Source: an uncultured Candidatus Peribacteria bacterium (GTDB taxonomy: Bacteria; Patescibacteriota; Gracilibacteria; Absconditabacterales; Absconditicoccaceae). From it: 64,000 bases of DNA. A model generated the notes under the pieces. It saw only the letters and a program-made list of their open reading frames with translations. It made no database searches and was not told where the DNA came from. Shown here in pieces: positions 12,770 through 22,909 of the stretch. Each line of letters begins with the position of its first letter. The stretch's first letter is position 1. The stretch covers positions 26,379 to 90,378 of the forward strand of contig CAYWIJ010000002.1 of the NCBI GenBank assembly GCA_964458335.1, written 5' to 3'. Made by a program: the position numbers and the translations under genes.

Positions 12770-13144
12770 TTACTCAAACATTCTTCTGAGGTCTTGATCT
12801 TTGACCATATCGAGTGACCATTGAGGATCGAAAGTAATATCAATTTGTATGTTATAAGATGGAAGTTTTTCATTGATAGCATTGATAATCATTTGTTGGA
12901 TGAGTTCTCCTTCTGGACATGATGGTGTCGTGTAGGTCATAATTATTTCAATTTTCTCTTCATCGCTATCTATAATAATACTATAAATAAGACCTAATGT
13001 AAAAATATCAACAATAGGAAATTCTGGATCATAGACAGTTTCTATCTGTTCACATACAATTTTTGAGATAAGGTCATTACTATTTTCATAATTATTCATG
13101 ATATAGTCGATATCAGGACGAAGAAAGTGATCAGCATCATTCAT
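12770..13144 (-). CDS. DUF59/MIP18-family Fe-S assembly protein (SufT/PaaD-like)
   Basis: VYDPEFPIVDIFTLGLIY and TPSCPEGE motifs. 124 aa with a TAA stop. Confidence 0.75.
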   Translation of the reverse strand: MNDADHFLRPDIDYIMNNYENSNDLISKIVCEQIETVYDPEFPIVDIFTLGLIYSIIIDSDEEKIEIIMTYTTPSCPEGELIQQMIINAINEKLPSYNIQIDITFDPQWSLDMVKDQDLRRMFE

Positions 13145-13177
13145 GAGATAAAAAATACGAAAAATAAAGTCAGATAT

Positions 13178-13552
13178 TTATTTCTTTTGTAAAGACGGTA
13201 GTATAAGAGATTGTATGATGAGGAAAGAGATGAATAACACTATACCGCCTACAAAAGTTCGAGAATGTTTCAGGAGAAAAATAATATTGAAAAGAATATA
13301 AATTCAGAAAAGAAGTGAGAGTTTGTAACTATGAGTAATGAGAGCTAAATTCATAATATGATGACGGATATATTGTGCTCGTCCTATAAATATAAAAAAC
13401 GATCCTCACCAAGCTAAAAGAAATATTCCTACCATAATACCAGATAGCGCAATGAGTGGATCAGTAAAGGGATCGATTAATATATAGAGTGATCAAAGAA
13501 TAATGAACCCTATAATAATTTTAATAAGAGAGAAAGTATGATACAGAGACAT
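13178..13552 (-). CDS. small membrane protein, unknown
   Basis: ATG 13552 to TAA 13178-13180, 124 aa, 4 in-frame TGA. Three or four hydrophobic segments. Not in the track because of the TGA codons. Confidence 0.5.
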
Positions 13553-13644
13553 GAATATCAGTTAAGAGTGTAAAGTTAAGAGTTGGTTCCCAGATATAGT
13601 TATGAGTTTCTAGATATTTTAATTTGGAACTTAGCTAATTTACT

Positions 13645-13992
13645 AAATTGCATCTGTTGGATAAGCCTGGTTCTGTCGAGATATGATATGTATCTAATCC
13701 GACGTATAGTCGAAATCTTGCACTTCTCCCGATTTGTCGGGATGAGCTTGCACGATGGACGGTTTACCACTCGACTAGCTTCTGCTAGACTGAGTACTAT
13801 GTAGCTATATTTAGTATAACACCATAGACTTTTCACCTTTCACCCCGATAGTTGGGGTTAGTATTGTCGCTGTGGCACTTTCGTTTGACCTATGATAGGT
13901 ATCCAACTGCTGTGAGCAGTTCCATGAGAGTATCGTGCCAGGACTTTCCTACCTTACAGATGTAAGATCATCATATTACAACAGATGCAATC
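13645..13992 (-). ncRNA. rnpB: RNase P RNA (bacterial)
   Basis: The minus strand carries ggtaggaaagtcctgg (GGAAAGUCC), gtgccacagcgacaa, ggggtgaaaggtgaaaag and cgacagaaccaggcttatcc (ACAGAACC-GGCUUA). A 12-bp P1 helix pairs ttgcatctgttg (5', plus coordinates 13979-13990) with caacagatgcaa (3', 13648-13659). The ends are approximate. Confidence 0.9.
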
Positions 13993-14119
13993 TCATCATA
14001 AATATATAGGTAACAAGTATCAAGTAAAAAAGTAAAAGAAGTAAAAATATAGTGAAATGAAAAAATCTCTCCTGTATGAGCAAGAGAGATGCTGTATATG
14101 ATATAAATGTTAAATAATA

Positions 14120-14755
14120 TTATGCATAAGCTTCATCAATTTTTGATCACATATCTGCTACTTCTTTATCTCTTTCTATATTGTTGGCAATTTTTTTATT
14201 ATTTTGTTGTTGTTTATTATCAATTTCTTTTTTGATGTTGAAAGCTTTTTCAAACTGTGTAAGTGCTTCTTGTATAGTATTAAGTCCTACTTCTGGTGTA
14301 GATGTATCTCTTTGTGTATTATCGAGTGTTGAACCTGAAATAGTTTTATTTGGGAAAGCACCATCATTTAAGAATGTATAAATTTTCATATTATAATAGT
14401 CTTTTCAATTTGAGTCTTTATATTTGGAAATATCACGGTCTGTTCTTGTTCCATTTTTGTCTTTGATAGAAAGATAAATAGATGGTCATTTCTCAGTTGT
14501 TGTGACTTGATAAGTATATTCATTCCCTCCATCTTTCCAAGTAATTTGACCATTTTCATTTTTCCCATTATCAGAATTAAATTTATTTTGAAAATCAGAT
14601 ATCTTTTCATTGATCTGGAATTTCATTGCATTTTTTTCTTCTGGCTTCATAGATTTTTCTTTGTTAAGATTATCTTTATTATTTTCTTCTCGAGTCATAG
14701 TTTTTTTAACTCCAGGATCTGAAGTTTCATAAGCTACTTTATTTTCTAGTGCCAT
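14120..14755 (-). CDS. hypothetical protein (Lys/Asn/Glu-rich)
   Basis: Track ORFs 14486..14755 and 14147..14389 are joined in frame through TGA codons and extended to TAA 14120-14122. 211 aa. Confidence 0.6.
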
Positions 14756-14912
14756 GATAGTCGTGGTTTACAGAATAAAATTATATTTTATTATATGTTT
14801 TTATTTTATTTTGTCAAATTTTTGAGGACTTTTTTTGTATGAGGTCTTGATATACAAGATGGTATTTTTATAGTTCTGTCAGAAACAGTATTTTATCTGG
14901 ATATCTAGGTAC

Positions 14913-16226
14913 ATGAAAAAAATATGATCAGTAGTGATCTATGGAAAAGGGAAAGCAATGGAATCAGTATGTAAATTATTAAATCATCTAGGCGTATCTT
15001 ATATCCAAATGGATGATGCAGATGCCAATGAAGAGCTCATCAAAAAATCAAAAATTATCATCGCCACTCCAGGTATCAAACCAAGTCATCGACTCTATAC
15101 GACTTACAAAACTAAGATTATGTCAGAACTCTCTTTTGTTGGTAAGCTCATCAATGATGGGTATTTCTCACGATGGCATAACATACAGATTATATGAATT
15201 ACAGGAACAAATGGTAAAAGTACTACAACTTGGGTACTCTATCAAGCTTGTCTCTTATTACAAAAAGAATATAATCCTGACCAGAATCATAGTATCTATA
15301 TTGGTGGGAATTGGGATATACCCTTGAGTGGAATCTTATATACTATTATTTCAGAAGGAAAAACAGAGGAGAAGAGTACTATTATTTTAGAATGCTCTTC
15401 ATTTATGTTATGGAATTTACAAAATTTCAAATTTTCCTTAGGAATTTTACTGAATATTGCACCAGATCATATTGATCGACATGGATCGATGAAGGACTAT
15501 CTACAATCTAAACTCAATATATTGGCATACTCTGAGACTGCTATTACAACTCCTGAAATAAAGAATGATGTTTTAAAAGATCAGATGCGATGAATTAGTC
15601 TGCTTCATAGATTGCGACCATTTCGACGACAGACGAATAGACCCAAAAATTGGTTGAGTTATGATGCATTATGAGATTTTTATCATCCCTTATTCTTAGG
15701 ACAACATAATGCATATAATTTTGGTGCAGTAGATAGGGTATTACAACAACTTTATCCTGGATATGATCTAAAAGTTTTACAACAAATAGAGCCCGTAGCA
15801 CATCGCTTACAGATTATACCTTTAGCGAATGGAATGAATATGATAGACGATAGTGTCTCAAGTAGTGCACATGCTTTAGCAGCTGCGATTGATGCTATGG
15901 ATCCTCCTATTACATTGATTGCTGGTGGCTACGATAATGGAGAAAATTATGATGCACTTCTTCAAAAATTATCTGATAAAGTAAGAGTGGGGATTTTCTA
16001 TGGTCAAACTCGTGTACATCTCTATCCATTGTGAAAACAAGTAATTACTGATGTGTATATGGTAGAAACTCTCGAAGAAGCGATGAATCTTGCTCTCGAA
16101 GAATCAAAAAAACATACTATTCAGACTATATTATATAGCCCAGGAGCAAAAAGTTTTGATCAGTTTACGAATGTGTATGATAGGATAGCGACATTTGAGA
16201 AGCTGGTTAGTGGATTGGTTGCTTAG
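14913..16226 (+). CDS. murD: UDP-N-acetylmuramoylalanine--D-glutamate ligase
   Basis: MKKIGSVVIYGKGKA.., ITGTNGKSTT (first G = TGA 15195-15197), LNIAPDHIDRHGS and LGQHNAYN. Four track fragments are joined in one hand-scanned frame. Stop is TAG 16224-16226. Confidence 0.9.
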
Positions 16227-16299
16227 CTCTTAGGTATTGATTTTTTTCTTCTGTGCTTCGAAAGTAAAGATGTAATAAAAGGTAACTGATATAACAATG

Positions 16300-16337
16300 A
16301 AAAATCTCGCAATGACAATCATTGTGGCAGATTTTTT
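16300..16337 (+). terminator. rho-independent terminator after murD
   Basis: aaaaatctcgcaatgacaatcattgtggcagatttttt: an imperfect stem followed by a T6 run. Shares a 19-mer with the hairpin after the HIT gene. Confidence 0.6.
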
Positions 16338-16422
16338 CTATATGCATTTTTATAAGTCATGATCTAGTATATTCAAACAATAAATGCTTGTCAACTAGTC
16401 TAGAGCCATTACATATCTCCCA

Positions 16423-17679
16423 TTAGGCACAAATATTGATACCATTTACCCAAATATTTATTCCATATCATTTCGCTGCTATGATGGAACAATTACTTTG
16501 AGATAAACTCATAATAGGATTATTATAAGCCTGAAGTGTATTGATATAAAAATAATTTGAAAGATCTGGAAGAGTACTAATGCTGTTGTTGTTGAGATAT
16601 ATAAGTTGTAATGCAGGTACTTGTGATAGTGAAGGGAAAGTTGAGATATTATTGTATTGTAAGAGGAGTTGTGTAAGAGCGGGGAGATTATATAATGTCA
16701 CTGAAGGAATGGCATTATGTTCTAGTAATACATATTCTAAACTTGGTAAGTTCGAGAGATTGATAGGAGTTGCAAGATTGATATTATTTCTTACTTGTAA
16801 TTGTTTCAATCTTCTTAAATTAGAAAGAGGAGGGAGATTTGATATGGAAGTCCCATCAATTACAATTCCTTCTAATGCGACAAGTTTGTTGATGGCACTT
16901 GGAATAAGGATAACATCAGATTTATTGGTAATATTAAATCGTGACATATTTTGACATAGATTTTGCTTACTAATAGAGGATTGGTTAATAAGAGCTCATA
17001 ATACAGGTACTTCTTCGTCAGTAAGATGAGCGATACATCGAGCTACAGGATCATCAGTACCGTTGTAGATGTCAATCGGTGCAGTAGGCTCTTCGATTTT
17101 ATAAGTAAGTCCTCTTCATATGACATAAAAATCTCCTTGTTCAGAATCTATTGCTCATTTGCAGTTTGTTGTATTTCCTCTTTTGGATTCTCTCATGGAC
17201 GTCATTGCATATACTTTACCTTTTTGATCTGTATAGTAAGCAAAAAAATTCCCTTCTGATTTACATTCTCCTGATGAGTTAGTGGTGAGTCCATATCAGG
17301 TATCTTTTGGAATATCACTCATATAAGGAAGTATAAAAGAGGAAATTTTGGCAATATTATTGAGAGATGGTATTCCTGGTATAGATTCTGTTGTACTAGC
17401 AAGAAAAGTATCACGATATGACCAAAAAGGAGCTACAGGATATACTCCACTATGTTCTATGGAATAAATTTCAAGAGCAGTAGATATCTGATTCATATTG
17501 CTGATACGTACACTATCACGAGCACGAGCTTGCATTCCTTGAATCTGAGGTACAAGAGAAATGATAAGAAGACCGATAATGATGATAACAATGATCAATT
17601 CTACTAGTGTAAATGCCTTGTTGTGAGAGCGAGAAAAGAATTGTTTTGATCTCGGTGTTATATGATAATAAGAAAACAT
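16423..17679 (-). CDS. type IV pilin-like protein fused to C-terminal leucine-rich repeats
   Basis: Track ORFs 17296..17679 (..SHNKA|FTLVELIIVIIIIGLLIISLV prepilin signature) and 16468..16947 (LRR units such as LSNLPSLEYVLLEHNAI, LYNLPALTQLLLQYNNI, LSQVPALQLIYLNNNSI) are one frame interrupted only by TGA. 418 aa. Stop is TAA 16423-16425. Confidence 0.8.
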
Positions 17680-17828
17680 GAGAAAATCACAACAAAATAG
17701 AATATATAGAATGTATGTATATATTTGAATGAATAATTCAAGAAGAAATGGATTTCTTTATAATTCAATTGATTCAAGTGAGCGATTCAGTACTTTTAGT
17801 ATCTAATGATTTATTCTTTGTTGCTAAA

Positions 17829-18536
17829 ATGTCACGTACCAAATTGATCAGATATACAACAGCTCAAGATGAGCCCATGATGATTCAGTCAGGAAAACTA
17901 TTTTTTGAAAAATGTAAGGGAAAACGAAGATCTGACTATTTTGGAAATAATAATCCGATTGTTTTAGAATTGGCTTGTGGTCGTGGTGAATATACGGTGG
18001 GTCTTTCTCAAATATATCCGAACAAGAATTTTATCTGAGTAGATATTAAAGGAGAGAGAATGATGATGGGAATTAGAAATTATAAATTATGAATTGAAAA
18101 TTTTAGATGAGAGTATAATTGAGGATTTAAAATTCAAAATTTAGAATCTCCTAACATTGCTTTTCTTCGCACGATTATTCATCATATTGATAGATTTTTT
18201 GATGAGGGAGAAATAGATGAAATATGGATCGTTCATCCTGATCCAAGATCAAAGTGACATGATGAGAGAAGGAGAATTACTTCTCCACGTTTTTTGGCTA
18301 TGTATGCAAAGATTTTGAAATCTGATGGAATACTAAGACTCAAGACTGATGATGATGGAATGTTCGAATATTCTAGCGAACAGTTTAATCAGTTTGGATT
18401 CCATTATATTGATAGTACACGAGATTTAGATCAGTCTCCGTTAGCAGCTCATCACCATGATATAGAAACTCATTATGGAAAATTATTCAAAGAAGAGTGA
18501 AGAACAATCAAATATGGAATTTGGAGAAATAATTAA
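17829..18536 (+). CDS. trmB: tRNA (guanine-N7)-methyltransferase
   Basis: [19 protein letters not shown] (G = TGA), [11 protein letters not shown] and ILRLKTDD. The start was chosen at MSRTKLIRY. Stop is TAA 18534-18536. Contains an in-frame low-complexity insert. Confidence 0.85.
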
Positions 18537-18683
18537 CTTTACAATAAATATTAAATAATTAAAATAATAAATGTCATTATATAGTGAAGTCACAATGATA
18601 TAATTTTTGGTCTTGTATGAAAAAGAATATATAATTCGTTATGAACTCAGAATATTGAATATACTTTGATTGATAATTATATA

Positions 18684-20015
18684 ATGACTCCCCAGGTAGA
18701 ACAATTTAAAGAACAACTTAATAACTCCATTATCAACGCTGATGTTGTGAAGATTTTTGATAATCTTTTAACAATTGCTGTGGAAATAGGAGCTTCTGAT
18801 GTGCATATTGAAGCATTTGAAGATTATTGTAGGATGAGATTAAGGATAGATGGAGAATTAGAAGAACTTGTTCAATACCCTAAATCAATTCATGAAAGTA
18901 TTATCTCAAAATTCAAAATTGAATCTGGACAAATGAGACCTGACGAAAGAAGATTACCTCAAGATGCTAGAGTATCTACTATTACTTTGACCAATAAAGA
19001 AATTGATCTGCGTGCCTCTACACTTCCTACGGTTTGGTGAGAGAAGTTAGTAATGCGTATTGTAGATAAATCAAAGAAAACACCAAAACTTGATGATCTT
19101 GGTATTGAATGATCAAATCGTGATATTATTCTTCGTCAGTTGGAGAGTCCAAATGGTATTATTTTGACTACATGACCTACGGGATCAGGAAAAACATCCA
19201 CACTGTATGCTGCTTTGAATTATGTAAATAGTATTGATGTAAATATTACTACTTTTGAAGATCCAGTAGAAAATAAAATGCACTGATTGAATCAGTCACA
19301 AGTAAGGTCTGATATTGGATTTACGTTTGGATCAGGTTTGAGAGCGGCACTGAGACAAGATCCTGATATTATCATGGTGTGAGAAATCCGTGATGGAGAA
19401 ACATTAGAAATGTCGATGGAAGCTGCCATGACAGGACACTTAGTATTTTCTACTATCCATACGAATTCATCAGCTGAAACTATTACGAGAGTATTCAATC
19501 TCTGAGCTTTACCTTATATGGTAGCTGGTACATTTAATGTAGTCATGGCACAGAGATTGGTCAGAAGAGTGTGTTCTACGTGTAAAAAAGAAACTACTAT
19601 TACAAATTCAAAACATTGGAAAGAATCTATAGATGCTTTTCGTGGTTTAGATACCAATGTCCTCAAAGCAGAGATACTTTCGAGAGGTATTGATCCGCTA
19701 CAATGGAAAAATTATGTTACAGAATGAAAAGTAATACAAGGAAGCTGATTAGCAGAAGATGGAGTTAATAAATGTCCTACCTGTAATGGATCTGGTTATA
19801 AATGAAGAGTCTGAGTGTATGAAATGATGGAATATACGGATGAAATTAGAAATTTTCTTATTGGAGGTAAAACTGCTTATGAAATAGAAAACTATGCATT
19901 GAGTAGGGGGATGATCAATCTTGAAAGAGATGGTATTCTCAAAATTATCAAATGATATACAAGTTTAGATGAAATTTATAAGGTTGTAAAACATAAATCC
20001 TCTAGTTCTTCATAG
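18684..20015 (+). CDS. pilB: type IV pilus/T2SS assembly ATPase (PilB/GspE family, short form)
   Basis: [17 protein letters not shown], Walker A TGPTGSGKT (G = TGA 19173-19175), [19 protein letters not shown], and tetracysteine [16 protein letters not shown]. 443 aa. The frame was hand-scanned. Stop is TAG 20013-20015. Confidence 0.9.
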
Positions 20016-20050
20016 TTTCTTCTTGCTTTAATTATTTATATAGTATTATA

Positions 20051-21160
20051 ATGGCATCTTCAAATCAACTCAATAAAAATAATATGCTACAATGGTGGGA
20101 TAAGTTTTTCGCATCATTTAATAAACCACCGATGCCAGTAAAGACAAATTTTTTCCGTCTCTTGGCAGTAGGGCAAAAAGTGGGACTCTGATTGAGAGAA
20201 AGTTTGATCAGTATTGAAAGTTCTGAACACAATAAGGTGATGAAGGCTATTATTTTGGATATGATTGAACATGTAAGTCAGGGAGATCCACTTTCAAAAG
20301 CTATGGAACAACATTCCTATTTCTTTAGTTCAACAGAAATTGAATTGATCAAAGCAGCTCAAGGAATGGGTAATCTTCCAGATACTTTAGAAGGTATTGC
20401 ATTAGAATTGGAAAATTTTGCTACTATTGTTAAAAAAATTAAAGGGGCTCTGACCTATCCTATTACTCTTCTTACGTTTACAGTGTTGGCTGTTGTGATA
20501 TTGATGATTAAGGTAATCCCAACGATTGTAAGTCTCTTTCCTTCTAAAGAAGCATTGCCACAGATTACGAGAATTGTACTAGATATATCTGATTTTATGA
20601 TAGCACGATGGTGGGTATTGTTGATATCTATTGTTTCTATCATATCTGGATATAGATTGTTATATAAATATTTCCTTCCTTTCAAAATTTTGATTGATGG
20701 TATTATATTGAAGATACCTGTTGTAGGAAGTGCATTTAAGACTTTTTATATGTATAGGTTTGCTAAATTGCTTTGAGATTTTATGTTTGCAGGAGTAGAT
20801 CAAATTAGTGCCATGACTCAAATTGCAAGAATATTTGATAATTTCTTCTATAAAAAGAAAGCAGAGGATATTAAAGCTGATTTGAATGCATGATTTACGT
20901 TTTCAGATACTATTGAGGGATCTGGATTATTTGATCCTATTCTGATCCAAATTATCGTCGTAGGAGAAAAAACGGGTAATCTCTGAGAAATCCTTCAAAC
21001 GATGTCTTGATTCTATAAAGAACAATTGATGACAAAAATTGGAAATGTAATGGCATTTATTGAACCGATCTTACTTGGATTTATGGCAACAATTATCTGA
21101 TCTATCGTAGCATCGATTTTCCTTCCGATGACGGATATGGTGAACCAAATTTCATGATAA
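20051..21160 (+). CDS. pilC: type IV pilus platform protein (PilC/GspF family)
   Basis: Two GspF-type repeats (FFRLLAVGQKVGLGLRESL.., FAGVDQISAMTQIAR..GEKTGNLGEIL) and three TM regions. Stop is TAA 21158-21160. Confidence 0.9.
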
Positions 21161-21175
21161 GATACAAAAAATATG

Positions 21176-21207
21176 ATTCTGACACAGATAGCGGTCAGGA
21201 TTTTTTT
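21176..21207 (+). terminator. rho-independent terminator after pilC
   Basis: ttctgac-N10-gtcagga followed by a T7 run. Confidence 0.6.
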
Positions 21208-21284
21208 GTTTTTGATTTTGCTTGAAATAGTAAGTTCAATTCCCTATAGTGAAGTATTGTTTTTTATTTTTTTGAAGAGAATAT

Positions 21285-22211
21285 ATGATTACTGTACTCG
21301 GACATAAAGTTCCAGATACTGATGCTATTACATCAGCTATAGTGTATGCTCATTTTTTATCACATACAGGAAACCAAGCACAAGCTGTAGCGTTGGGACA
21401 TCCTAATAAAGAGACAGAATTTGTCTTACAACAAGCACATCTTCCTATGATCGATATTATTTCAGAACTTCCAGAAGGATCAGTGATTGCTCTTGTCGAT
21501 CATAATGAAGAAGGTCAAAGTATTGCTCATAGAGGAGAATATACTATTCATAGTGTAGTAGATCATCATAAAGTCGCAAACTTTGAAACAGGATATCCAC
21601 TTTTCATGAGATTAGAACCTCTTGCATCGACAAACTCAATCTTGTATAAGATGTATCAAGAAGCACATCTTCAAATTACTACTGATATAGCTATTCTTAT
21701 GCTTGGAGGTATTTTGTCAGATACATTGCACTTCCGTTCTCCAACAACGACTGAATTTGATAAAACAATTGTTACTGAACTTGCTAAACTTGCTCAAATT
21801 GATGATATAGAGGAGTTTGCTATGAAAATGTTTACTGAAAAGTCAGATCTTGGAGATATTTCAATCTACGATTTGATTAAAGCAGTAGATGCAAAAGATT
21901 TTACTTTTGGTAATCAGAAATCTCTCATTGCGTGCATTGAGACAACAAATCCTGATTATTGCTTAAATCGTAAAGATGATATCATCGAAACTATTCGTAC
22001 TATAAAATTGTCAGAAGGATATGATTTTATTCTTTTCTGTATTGTAGATATTCTGAATGAAAAAAACACTACAATAGTTGCTGATGCTGTTGAATCGTAT
22101 ATAGTGAAGAAGGTTTTTGGTGCTGACACGGTCGATGGATTAGCTGATCTTGGTGATCGTATCTCTCGTAAAAAAACAATTGTGCCTCCGATGGAAGAAG
22201 TTCTCGCTTAA
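21285..22211 (+). CDS. ppaC: manganese-dependent inorganic pyrophosphatase (family II, DHH/DHHA2)
   Basis: MITVLGHKVPDTDAITSAIVYA, VDHNE and VDHHK motifs. 308 aa, intact in the standard-code track with no in-frame TGA. Confidence 0.9.
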   Translation: MITVLGHKVPDTDAITSAIVYAHFLSHTGNQAQAVALGHPNKETEFVLQQAHLPMIDIISELPEGSVIALVDHNEEGQSIAHRGEYTIHSVVDHHKVANFETGYPLFMRLEPLASTNSILYKMYQEAHLQITTDIAILMLGGILSDTLHFRSPTTTEFDKTIVTELAKLAQIDDIEEFAMKMFTEKSDLGDISIYDLIKAVDAKDFTFGNQKSLIACIETTNPDYCLNRKDDIIETIRTIKLSEGYDFILFCIVDILNEKNTTIVADAVESYIVKKVFGADTVDGLADLGDRISRKKTIVPPMEEVLA

Positions 22212-22230
22212 TTTTTATTATTTCTATCAT

Positions 22231-22686
22231 ATGAAAAATTATATAGACCACGTTAATAAAATGAAAGAGAATAATATTTGTCCATTTTGTGAAGAAAAAG
22301 ATGTGTATGCTATAGATGAAAATGAATATGCAGTTGTTTTGCCTGCTCGTGCTCCGTATAGGGAGGATCATATACTCATCTGTCCGAAAAGACATGGAGA
22401 TTTTTTACAAGAATATTCTCAGAGAGAATTAGAAGATTTATACTCACTACTAACCAAATGGGAAGTATTACTTCAGAAGAAGCATGGAGAAGTGGTTACT
22501 TTTTTAAGACAAGGAAAAAACTTTGGTACAACGGGGAAGTCTCTATCACATCTTCATCGGCATATTATTCCTCAATTTAAAATATTATTTGGATGAACAC
22601 AAGAGGAAAGTAATAATCGTCAAGTTTATACTGACGCAGAATTACAACACATCATGGAACAGTTAAAAGATAATTTTCTTCTATAA
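22231..22686 (+). CDS. HIT-family hydrolase
   Basis: Histidine triad HLHRHIIP and CPFC near the N-terminus. One TGA readthrough extends the track ORF to TAA 22684-22686. Confidence 0.85.
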
Positions 22687-22909
22687 ATCTGTCTTTGTGG
22701 CAGATTTTTTCTAACATAAAAAATCCTCGCAATGGAGAATTTTTAGGTAGAGGTATCATTCTGTTTTAACTCGAGGGTTTAAACCGAGAGGACGAAGAAA
22801 GAATCCAGGGTATTGATATTACTTTGCTAGGATCTCTTCGCATTAGGAGGAGATTCTTCGTTATCACTCCACCTCTTCGGGTGTTAATGTAGAATGACGG
22901 TCATTGAGA

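Noticed and set aside
22717-22745. A second A-tract/T-tract hairpin after the HIT gene as a bidirectional terminator.
   Set aside because: The stem pairs poorly (at most about 4-5 bp with mismatches). I kept it only as a repeat-family observation.
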